From the NCBI GenBank assembly GCA_934133015.1, contig CAKPAQ010000001.1, forward strand, positions 1-42,043: a DNA stretch of 42,043 bases, read 5' to 3'. How positions within the stretch are numbered: the stretch's first letter is position 1; every line of letters begins with the position of its first letter. This document shows, piece after piece, positions 19,774-27,532 of this stretch. A program made the position numbers and the translations under genes. Source of the DNA: an uncultured Bacilli bacterium (GTDB taxonomy: Bacteria > Bacillota_I > Bacilli_A > RF39 > UBA660). The notes beneath the pieces are model-generated. The model did no database searches and was not told the DNA's origin. It saw only the letters and a program-made list of their open reading frames with translations.

Positions 19774-20568
19774 CTATAAATTATTACTAATATCAACAAA
19801 TACCTCTAAAGGCAATTCTTCAGCCCTACTACCCAAACTATAGTTGTGTTTTATTAATATTTCTTGAATTTTATCTAAATCATATTTTTTTAAATTATTA
19901 CGCAATGTCTTTCTTTTAAACTGAAAACTATCTTTAACTATATCAAAAAATAATTTTTTATTGTTTAATACCATTTTTTCTTTCTTTTTATTTAAAGCAA
20001 TAATTACACTATCTACATTTGGTTTAGGCATAAAGCAATTTCTACTAACATCAAATAACTTTTGAATATCAAAATAATAGTTTAAAAATACTGTAATAGA
20101 GCCATAATTTTTAGTCTTAGGTTTAGCACTAAATCTTTCACCAACTTCTTTTTGTACCATAATTACTATACGTTCAACATCTATTTCATCATAAATAAAC
20201 TTAGTTATTATTGGTGTAGTAATATAGTATGGTAAATTAGCTATCACATATAAATGCTTATAATTATATTTTTTAAGATCTTGTACTACATCTCTTTTTA
20301 AAAAGTCATCATATATAACATCAACATTATCAAAACCAATTAAATTATCAGATAAAACATCATCTAAAGAAGTATCAATTTCATATGCAAGTACCCATTT
20401 AGCACGAGTAGCTAATATTTTAGTCAATGCCCCTGCCCCTGGTCCTATTTCAATAACTAAAGAATCATCTAATATATTACTATAATCAACTATTTTTTTA
20501 GGAATATTATCATTAACTAAGAAATTCTGCCCATATTTCTTTTTAAATTGAAATTCACCATATTTCAT
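19774..20568 (-). CDS. rsmA: 16S rRNA (adenine1518/1519-N6)-dimethyltransferase
   Basis: KKYGQNFL N-terminal signature, SAM motif EIGPGAGALT, NLPY motif. Confidence 0.92.
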   Translation of the reverse strand: MKYGEFQFKKKYGQNFLVNDNIPKKIVDYSNILDDSLVIEIGPGAGALTKILATRAKWVLAYEIDTSLDDVLSDNLIGFDNVDVIYDDFLKRDVVQDLKKYNYKHLYVIANLPYYITTPIITKFIYDEIDVERIVIMVQKEVGERFSAKPKTKNYGSITVFLNYYFDIQKLFDVSRNCFMPKPNVDSVIIALNKKKEKMVLNNKKLFFDIVKDSFQFKRKTLRNNLKKYDLDKIQEILIKHNYSLGSRAEELPLEVFVDISNNL

Positions 20569-20604
20569 AAAATCACCATCAATAATATATCATATTTCAA
20601 TATT

Positions 20605-20635
20605 AAAAAAAAGAGAAAGCATTTATTTAGCTTCC
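20605..20635 (-). terminator. Probable intrinsic terminator closing the sipW-type operon
   Basis: The minus-strand GGAAGC (20630-20635) pairs with GCUUUC (20615-20620) with one G-U. A U8 run follows (A run 20605-20612). Confidence 0.5.
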
Positions 20636-21102
20636 TCCAAAACATTAGTTTTATTTGTATGTTTATTTTTTATCTTTAATTGATCCATTTTTGATACAAT
20701 CATTAATATTATATCAGCAAGTACTAATAAATATAACATAGCTCTCATAGGCGCAATAACATCAGCAAAATAATTAAAATTAATATTGTAACCAAGTTTT
20801 GTAATCATAACCATATTTTGATCAAAGAAACTACGATAAGCAGATACTAATATAACCATAAATACTAAACAACAAGTCAAATTAAAGAAGATATTATTCA
20901 TAGTTTCCTTTTGTTTTAAAATTATATTAATTGTAAATAAGAATAACAACAAAATAAATGGTAACATTGTTGGAATACAATCAAGTACATTTTTATCTAA
21001 TCTATTATACATACTAATCATAATGAAAAATGTAATTACAAAAGAAATAAGTAGCAATATAAACTTTAAAGCTAATAATAAATAATTTAATAATTTAGTC
21101 AT
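20623..21102 (-). CDS. Uncharacterised integral membrane protein (159 aa, ~4 TM)
   Basis: ORF overlaps the upstream gene by 1 nt. Strongly hydrophobic with no recognised family. Confidence 0.55.
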   Translation of the reverse strand: MTKLLNYLLLALKFILLLISFVITFFIMISMYNRLDKNVLDCIPTMLPFILLLFLFTINIILKQKETMNNIFFNLTCCLVFMVILVSAYRSFFDQNMVMITKLGYNINFNYFADVIAPMRAMLYLLVLADIILMIVSKMDQLKIKNKHTNKTNVLEEAK

Positions 21103-21791
21103 TACATACCACCTGCTTCCTTTTTAAACCAATTAGATAAATATTCAACATACATACTAGCATCTTTATAAGCACCTAAAGTCTCATAAAAACCATCTCT
21201 AACATTATCCTTAACTCCACTACTAGCAGTAGAAGTATTAAAAAAATAACTACTATTATTAAGTAAATCTTTCTTTAAATAAGCGGTAGAACCTTTAAGC
21301 ATATTAACATGTAAAACTAATAAATCTTGATTGTTTAATAAGTAAGTAGAATTAATATTATTACCAGCAACATCCAATGTCCAATATAAATTATTTATAA
21401 TACATTCACTTAAAATATCATTTTCATATGAATCACGTAATTTATATACATCTGTTATTCCCACAGAATTACTATTACGTATTTCTTCAAGATATGTACC
21501 CTTTAAAGAATTAACACAATTAGTAAGATTTTGTCTAATACTTTGCATTTTAGTAGTAGCAACAGTTCCATTATAAGTAGCTGTATTAAAAGATTTAATA
21601 TTATTTTCAATTGTATTTATCCTATCATAATAACTCTTAACTGTAGTAGATTCACTAACATTAACATTATATTTTTTGCTTAATTCTAATGAATGAAATA
21701 TATTTATATACAAATAAAATACAGAAAAAGAAAAAACAGCACCTACAAGTATATAAGATATAATTTTTAAATATTCTTTTACATAATTCAC
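21102..21791 (-). CDS. Uncharacterised protein with N-terminal signal-anchor/TM and Asn/Ser/Thr-rich extracytoplasmic domain (229 aa)
   Basis: The N-terminus KIISYILVGAVFSFSVFYLYINIF is hydrophobic and the rest is hydrophilic. Starts 12 nt after the sipW-type gene. Confidence 0.55.
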   Translation of the reverse strand: MNYVKEYLKIISYILVGAVFSFSVFYLYINIFHSLELSKKYNVNVSESTTVKSYYDRINTIENNIKSFNTATYNGTVATTKMQSIRQNLTNCVNSLKGTYLEEIRNSNSVGITDVYKLRDSYENDILSECIINNLYWTLDVAGNNINSTYLLNNQDLLVLHVNMLKGSTAYLKKDLLNNSSYFFNTSTASSGVKDNVRDGFYETLGAYKDASMYVEYLSNWFKKEAGGM

Positions 21792-21803
21792 AAATATTCA
21801 CCC

Positions 21804-22391
21804 CTATTTATTTTCTTGTTTTTTTTCACTATTTTTAATTAAACCAGTTACTTTTAAAATATCATGAGCAATTATTAAAAAACATGGTATAACTATAGCT
21901 ACTATCCAACCTAGTCTACTGGATAAGAAAGTTTTTACATACCCTATCATCGGTATTCTGAATAGCACTTTTCCCAATACCTCACTCTGCCTAATTAAAG
22001 CTCTATCTTCGCTTTCATTATTATCACCTTTTGTACGATAAGCTCTTTCCCCATCAGAAGTTTCCAATATACCAACTACACGATGCGTAATAGGTGTTCC
22101 ATTAGTTTCAATTTCTTTAGATAAAAATGTGATGATGTCGTATAATTTTATCTTACTTTGAGAAACTCTCATTGTAAAAACAGCATCGTACACATTTATA
22201 TTAGGAACCATGCTTGGACTAATAATAACGTAAGCACTAAATAATGGAGATCTAGCCTCATTATTTTTTTTGCCTATATATTGATCAATACCATAAGCTA
22301 AAAATAACAAAACTATTATTCCAAGAATAATTAGAACAGAATAAAGGAATATGGATGAAATAAAATGAAAAATTTTTTTCCAAGTTTTCAT
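21804..22391 (-). CDS. sipW: Signal peptidase I, SipW (archaeal/ER, S26B) type
   Basis: SPSMVP (Ser nucleophile), DIITF, THRVVG (His general base), RTKGDNN and a C-terminal TM align motif by motif with B. subtilis SipW. Confidence 0.82.
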   Translation of the reverse strand: MKTWKKIFHFISSIFLYSVLIILGIIVLLFLAYGIDQYIGKKNNEARSPLFSAYVIISPSMVPNINVYDAVFTMRVSQSKIKLYDIITFLSKEIETNGTPITHRVVGILETSDGERAYRTKGDNNESEDRALIRQSEVLGKVLFRIPMIGYVKTFLSSRLGWIVAIVIPCFLIIAHDILKVTGLIKNSEKKQENK

Positions 22392-22455
22392 ATTCTCACC
22401 TTATCCTATACCTAGTATAAGAACATAATAACATAAAATTCATTATAAGTACAAT

Positions 22456-22494
22456 AAAAAAGGAAGAAGAATTTTGAATTGACATTCTTCTTCC
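22456..22494 (-). terminator. Strong intrinsic terminator after the 3D-domain gene
   Basis: Perfect 11-bp stem GGAAGAAGAAT (22462-22472) / ATTCTTCTTCC (22484-22494). A U6 run follows on the minus strand. Confidence 0.8.
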
Positions 22495-22500
22495 AAGGTA

Positions 22501-23103
22501 TTACCATCCCCAACGAACTATTTCATAATGAACATTACGTTGTCTACCAACAATATCCATATTATCATCTTCTTTAACCAAGAAATCCATTATATTACCT
22601 TTAATAGCGCCGCCTCTATCTAAAACAATACCCATAATAGGTTCACTAGAAAAACTAACATTAGTTATTTGAACAATAGTACCACAAGGAATAGTAGGAT
22701 CAGCAGCAAGTATTCTTACATTACCATAAATCTGATCATTAAAGTATATATTATTATTTCTAACATTTTGACGAGGAGGACAACTAACTCTACCAGTGCA
22801 TCCATTACAAGTTGCCTTATAAGCTGTCATTTGTCCATCAAATGAAATGGGCATAACTGGTCCATATTCCCTAGCTTCTTGCATATTACTTACATTTTTA
22901 ACAACTAATTTTTTCTCACGATTATCATATTTCATTACCATATTAATAGCCTCAATGGATTTAACTCCATTAATATTAGCAACCATATTACTCTTTTTGG
23001 TATTACCAGTCAAAATAACCAAGCCAAGACCAAAAAGTACTAAAACGAATAATGACCTCGATAAAATTATTTTATAAAACTTTTTCATAACCCACCTATA
23101 CAT
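22501..23103 (-). CDS. 3D-domain (MltA-like/YabE-like) cell-wall-associated protein
   Basis: N-terminal TM. The C-terminal part TAYKATCNGCTG...ILAADPTIPCGTIVQI...VLDRGGAIKGNIMDFLV is the 3D-domain pattern. Position after tatD corresponds to Bacillus yabE. Confidence 0.72.
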   Translation of the reverse strand: MYRWVMKKFYKIILSRSLFVLVLFGLGLVILTGNTKKSNMVANINGVKSIEAINMVMKYDNREKKLVVKNVSNMQEAREYGPVMPISFDGQMTAYKATCNGCTGRVSCPPRQNVRNNNIYFNDQIYGNVRILAADPTIPCGTIVQITNVSFSSEPIMGIVLDRGGAIKGNIMDFLVKEDDNMDIVGRQRNVHYEIVRWGW

Positions 23104-23144
23104 ATAATAGCTTGTCTATTCTTATTGAATTAACTATAACATAA

Positions 23145-23903
23145 TTAATATTTTAAGTCAAATATTCTAAAAGCATTATTCGTGGTAATAGTTTCCACTT
23201 GAGAAATATCAATATTTTTAATATCAGCTATTTTCTTAGCTATATAAGGAATATTGCTAGATTCATTAGTTTTTCCTCTATTAGGTTCAGGAGTTAGATA
23301 TGGACTATCAGTTTCTAGTACAATACTCTCGATAGGAATTTGCTCAATTACTTTATATAAGTTACTATTTTTAAAGGTAACAACACCGCCAATTCCTAAA
23401 AGAAAGCCAAGATTTATAAATCTTTTTGCCATTTCAACACTACCACTAAAACAATGAATAACACCTTGTACTTTAAACTCTGATAATATATCATAAGTAT
23501 CAGCAATTGAATCACGACTATGGATAACAACTGGTAAATTTAATTTTTGGGCTAACATTAGTTGTCTTCTAAATAACTCTTTTTGTTCATCTTTATTATT
23601 CTTATCCCAATAATAATCCAAACCTATTTCCCCTATCGCAACTATCTTTTTATTACTTTTAATTTTATCTTCCAAAATCTTAATATCTTTATCAACAATA
23701 TTGTTAGTAACTTCAGGATGATAACCAATCGCTGCATAAATATTTTTATATTTTTCCACATAAAATGTAGATAACTCTAAATCATCTTTTTCACAAAAGG
23801 AAGCTATCATTATTTTAACATTATTATCAATCGCATTTTTTACAAACAAATCTGGTTTTACCCCAAATTCTTCACTTATATGCATATGTGTATCAATAAA
23901 CAT
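23145..23903 (-). CDS. tatD: TatD-family metal-dependent hydrolase/DNase
   Basis: 252 aa. FIDTHMH N-terminal HxH motif, GEIGLDYYW, VIHSRD, ETDSPYL. Follows metG as yabD does in Bacillus. Confidence 0.92.
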   Translation of the reverse strand: MFIDTHMHISEEFGVKPDLFVKNAIDNNVKIMIASFCEKDDLELSTFYVEKYKNIYAAIGYHPEVTNNIVDKDIKILEDKIKSNKKIVAIGEIGLDYYWDKNNKDEQKELFRRQLMLAQKLNLPVVIHSRDSIADTYDILSEFKVQGVIHCFSGSVEMAKRFINLGFLLGIGGVVTFKNSNLYKVIEQIPIESIVLETDSPYLTPEPNRGKTNESSNIPYIAKKIADIKNIDISQVETITTNNAFRIFDLKY

Positions 23904-23935
23904 ATCATCACATCCTACAAAAATTATATCATAAC

Positions 23936-23967
23936 AAAAGAGTAATCAAAATATGAATTACTCTTTT
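23936..23967 (-). terminator. Hairpin/possible terminator after metG
   Basis: Perfect 11-bp stem AAAAGAGTAAT (23936-23946) / ATTACTCTTTT (23957-23967). The downstream U tract on the minus strand is weak. Confidence 0.5.
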
Positions 23968-23970
23968 CAA

Positions 23971-25509
23971 CTATTTATTTAATTCTTCCAACATTTTTTC
24001 TTTATCTATACGAGCAAATAAAGGACTAGCATTTCCTACTTCATATAAATTATCATCAACATAATTTTGAATATCAATATTATTATTAATTTGTTTACTT
24101 ATTTCACTACTTGTATCAGGTAAATAAGGACTTAGGAATATTCCACATACACGAATTGACTCAAGAAGATTATATAATACTGTTTCTAATCTATCTTTTT
24201 TAGTATCATCTTTAGCTAAAGTCCATGGTGTTGTCTCATCTATATATTTATTTGTTCTTCTAAGTACATCAAATATTTCATCAAGAGCAGCACCTATTTC
24301 TAAATTACTCATTTTCTTCTCAACTTTAGAAGATAAATTATTAATCATAGAAATTAATTCATTATCAACATCTTCAGCAACTTGTTTATTGGCAATTTTA
24401 CCATCAAAATACTTATTAGCCATAGATATAGTACGATTAACAAGGTTACCTAATATATTAGCTAAATCACTATTTACTCTTTCAATTATAAGTTCATATG
24501 TTAAAGTACCATCATTAGCATAAGGAATTTCATGAAGAACATAATATCTAACCGCATCTACGCCAAATTTTTCTACTAAATCATCAGCATATATAACATT
24601 ACCCTTAGATTTACTCATCTTACCTTCCCCAACTAATAGCCAAGGATGTCCAAATACTTGTTTAGGTAATGGTAAATCCAAACTCATTAAAAAACAAGGC
24701 CAGTAAATTGTATGAAAACGAATTATATCCTTACCAATTAAATGTAAATCAGCAGGCCACAATTTTTTAAACTCATCACTACTACCATCAGGATCATAAC
24801 CTATATTAGTAATATAATTAGTTAAAGCATCTAGCCAAACATAAACTACATGTTTAGGATCAAAATCAACAGGAATACCCCAATTAAATGAAGTTCTAGA
24901 TACACATAAATCTTGAAGTCCTGGCTTTATAAAATTATTAATCATTTCATTCTTTCTTGATTCAGGTTTTATAAAATCAGGATGTTTTTCTATGTACTCA
25001 ACCAACTTATCTTGATACTTAGATAATTTAAAAAAGTAAGCATCTTCGCTTTTATGTTCTACATCACGTCCACAATCTGGACATTTTCCATCAACTAATT
25101 GACTTTCGGTAAAAAATGACTCACATGGAGTACAATAAAGACCTTCATATTTTCCAAGATAGATATCACCTTTATCATACATTTTTTTAAATATCTTTTG
25201 AACTATTTCTTCATGATGTTTATCAGTAGTACGAACAAATCGATCATAACTAGTATTCATAATATCCCAGATTCTTTTAATTTCACCAGCAACATTATCT
25301 ACAAATTCCTGTGGAGTAATATTAGCATCTTGCGCTTTAATTTGAATTTTTTCACCATGTTCATCAGTCCCTGTTTGAAAATAAACATCATACCCTTTTA
25401 ATCTTTTATAACGCGCTATACTATCAGCTAAAACTATTTCATATGTATTACCTATATGAGGTTTTCCTGAAGTATAAGCAATTGCTGTTGTAATATAATA
25501 TTTTTCCAT
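23971..25509 (-). CDS. metG: Methionyl-tRNA synthetase (short form, no C-terminal tRNA-binding domain)
   Basis: 512 aa. HIGN (GKPHIGNTYE), zinc knuckle CPDCG, KMSKS. The ATG shares one base with the stop of the upstream dut-like gene (TAATG). GGAGG lies inside the dut 3' end. Confidence 0.95.
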   Translation of the reverse strand: MEKYYITTAIAYTSGKPHIGNTYEIVLADSIARYKRLKGYDVYFQTGTDEHGEKIQIKAQDANITPQEFVDNVAGEIKRIWDIMNTSYDRFVRTTDKHHEEIVQKIFKKMYDKGDIYLGKYEGLYCTPCESFFTESQLVDGKCPDCGRDVEHKSEDAYFFKLSKYQDKLVEYIEKHPDFIKPESRKNEMINNFIKPGLQDLCVSRTSFNWGIPVDFDPKHVVYVWLDALTNYITNIGYDPDGSSDEFKKLWPADLHLIGKDIIRFHTIYWPCFLMSLDLPLPKQVFGHPWLLVGEGKMSKSKGNVIYADDLVEKFGVDAVRYYVLHEIPYANDGTLTYELIIERVNSDLANILGNLVNRTISMANKYFDGKIANKQVAEDVDNELISMINNLSSKVEKKMSNLEIGAALDEIFDVLRRTNKYIDETTPWTLAKDDTKKDRLETVLYNLLESIRVCGIFLSPYLPDTSSEISKQINNNIDIQNYVDDNLYEVGNASPLFARIDKEKMLEELNK

Positions 25510-25997
25510 TATTTTTCCTCCTTATTAGTAGAACCAATTCCACCAATTCTACAATTATCTATTTTTTCTTCATTATCAACTACTAAAAACTTAGTAAATA
25601 CAGCCTGGCAAATTCTATCACCTTTCTTAGCTACAAAATCAACATCACTATGATTTTGTAGTTTTAACCAAATATGTCCTTCATTATCTGGATTATTATA
25701 ATAATCAAATTCAAATACACCTATTTGATTACACATTCGTACATTATACTTAAAACCAATACTACTTCTAACAACCAAAAACATAACATCATCAGTATCC
25801 ATACAGATTTTAATACCAGTAGGAACCTTTTTAACTTCACCAGGTTTCAAAACAAAATCTTGAAGCACTTCAAAATCATAACCAGCACTATATTTAGTAC
25901 TTCGCTTAGGAATATTATATGAATCATAAAGTTTTTTATCATCACTTACATCTTTCTTAAATTGCTCAAAACTTATTTTTTCAAAATATCTTGCCAT
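25509..25997 (-). CDS. dut: Trimeric dUTPase-family protein (dUTP diphosphatase-like)
   Basis: 162 aa. Motif I SAGYDF, motif II VRSS, motif III GVFEFDYY (variant), motif IV RICQAV, motif V RIGGIGSTN. GGAGG at 26004-26008. Confidence 0.78.
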   Translation of the reverse strand: MARYFEKISFEQFKKDVSDDKKLYDSYNIPKRSTKYSAGYDFEVLQDFVLKPGEVKKVPTGIKICMDTDDVMFLVVRSSIGFKYNVRMCNQIGVFEFDYYNNPDNEGHIWLKLQNHSDVDFVAKKGDRICQAVFTKFLVVDNEEKIDNCRIGGIGSTNKEEK

Positions 25998-26008
25998 AAC
26001 TTACCTCC

Positions 26009-26228
26009 AAAAAAAAGATCATTAATCCAATAAGGACGAATGATCGCGGTACCACCTTAATTTATAGTAAAACTATACACTTAACTTCTTAACGCGAAAA
26101 ACGTATAAACCTAATATCGATTTATCAGTTCCGGAACCATCTATTTATCTCAAATTATACTTACTTTCACCTAACTAAGCTCTCTACAATAATCATCAAT
26201 AAACTCTTTCCTTCAAAACCTTTATATG
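26009..26228 (-). promoter_or_regulatory. T-box riboswitch leader, methionine (AUG) specifier, with terminator/antiterminator
   Basis: The minus strand reads ...AAUUAAGGUGGUACCGCGAUCAUUCGUCCUUAUUGGAUUAAUGAUCUUUUUUUU. The T-box core GGUGGUACCGCG lies at 26045-26056. The terminator stem GAUCAUU/AAUGAUC (26017-26023 / 26039-26045) is followed by U8. Stem I has an AGAGAG bulge and a distal loop AGGUGAAAG. In my manual fold the Specifier Loop ends ...UAG-AUG-G before stem UUCC/GGAA, placing codon AUG at 26138-26140. Confidence 0.85.
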
Positions 26229-26234
26229 TGCCCA

Positions 26235-26263
26235 ATTATAACACAATATTTATTAATCTTCAA
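26235..26263 (-). promoter_or_regulatory. SigA-type promoter for the T-box-dut-metG unit
   Basis: On the minus strand: TTGAAG (26263-26258), 17-nt spacer, extended -10 TGtTATAAT (-10 at 26240-26235). It overlaps the 3' end of spoVT. Confidence 0.6.
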
Positions 26264-26777
26264 TATTTTTAATCAAAAAAGAATTAATCATCCTACATAC
26301 TAATTTATCATATTCATCTATAGAATTATCATCAAATACCATAACCATACCTAAAATTTCACTATCCACTATTATTGGACAAATATAATAACAATAATTT
26401 TCAGTTAACATTGGAATTATCTGAAATTCATCTTTAAAATGATCTATTTCTTTTCTTTTTTCCATTTCTAACAATAAAAAACTACTTAATGGTTTATCTA
26501 AATATTTTTTTTCGATATCTTTATTACAAGCAATTATTTTTTCTTTATTAGTAATAATTATTTTTTTATGAATCAAATTATTCGCAACACTAACAAGCTT
26601 ATTAGCAATAGATACCATATCACTCATTAAAGAAAATTTCTTTAATATAATAGATTGACCTTCAATAAATATCTCTAAAGTATCTCCATCTTTTATTTTT
26701 AAACTCTTTCTTATTTCTTTTGGTATAACTATTCTTCCTAACTCATCAATTCTTCTAATAACACCTGTTGATTTCAT
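26253..26777 (-). CDS. spoVT: Stage V sporulation transcription regulator SpoVT (AbrB-type N-domain + GAF-like C-domain)
   Basis: 174 aa. The N-terminus MKSTGVIRRIDELGRIVIPKEIRKSLKIKDGDTLEIF is close to the B. subtilis SpoVT/AbrB swapped-hairpin domain. Length and C-terminal domain fit SpoVT rather than AbrB. It lies near mfd as in Bacillus. Confidence 0.8.
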   Translation of the reverse strand: MKSTGVIRRIDELGRIVIPKEIRKSLKIKDGDTLEIFIEGQSIILKKFSLMSDMVSIANKLVSVANNLIHKKIIITNKEKIIACNKDIEKKYLDKPLSSFLLLEMEKRKEIDHFKDEFQIIPMLTENYCYYICPIIVDSEILGMVMVFDDNSIDEYDKLVCRMINSFLIKNIED

Positions 26778-26843
26778 CTCATACCCTCTTTCCAGTATTA
26801 GTGTTTGATAAGAATAAATAATTATACAAAAAAAGGAAAAAAA

Positions 26844-27470
26844 TTATTTTTCTTCAGTCTTTGAACATATTTTTTGATATCTAATATAACCTTCTTTAGC
26901 TTTATTAATTAAATTGTTATCTCTAAGCATTATTTCCATATTTATCTTAATTTCAAGTTTACCATATAATCTATTAAGTAAATAATCATGAACACGAAGT
27001 AATAATAACTCTTCTTTATCACCTATATGATAGTTTATAATATTCTTTTTAAATAATGAATAAGCATTATTTTGTACCTCAATTATTGAATATTTTTTTA
27101 ATTTATCTTTTAATTCTTTAGTAGTATTTAGAACAATATTATAGTAATTATTTAAATGATCATCATCAAATTCTAAATTAGAAATAGATTTTTCTAATGT
27201 TTCTTTCTTATCATTTAATAAAATTTCTAATTCCTTATAACTATCTAATTTAATTTTATTTACAGTATCAGTTATAAATTTATTATTAGTTAGTCCAGCA
27301 TCTTCATATATAGAATTAATATTTTTAATAGCTGAATCAAACTCTAAATTAAAAATATTGGTAATGGTTTCTAATAAAGATGTAATATTCTTTTCAATAT
27401 CATATTGTAAACTATTTATTAAAATTAACTTATTTTTCTTTCTAAACATTTCAATGATATCCTTATTCAT
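26844..27470 (-). CDS. Hypothetical helical/coiled-coil protein (~208 aa), no recognised family
   Basis: ORF track 26844..27506. GGGTGA at 27475-27480 favours ATG 27470 or 27473 (MMNKDIIEMF). Lys/Glu/Asn/Leu-rich with no TM. Confidence 0.5.
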   Translation of the reverse strand: MNKDIIEMFRKKNKLILINSLQYDIEKNITSLLETITNIFNLEFDSAIKNINSIYEDAGLTNNKFITDTVNKIKLDSYKELEILLNDKKETLEKSISNLEFDDDHLNNYYNIVLNTTKELKDKLKKYSIIEVQNNAYSLFKKNIINYHIGDKEELLLLRVHDYLLNRLYGKLEIKINMEIMLRDNNLINKAKEGYIRYQKICSKTEEK

Positions 27471-27532
27471 CATATCACCCTTCTTATTATATGATAATAA
27501 TATCAACTTATAAATATTTAGTCAAAGTTTTT

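Noticed and set aside
26778-26843. Promoter call upstream of spoVT (a TATAAT hexamer is present on the minus strand)
   Set aside because: No acceptable -35 lies at 16-18 nt. B. subtilis spoVT is sigma-G dependent, and I cannot confidently match that consensus here. I left it unannotated.
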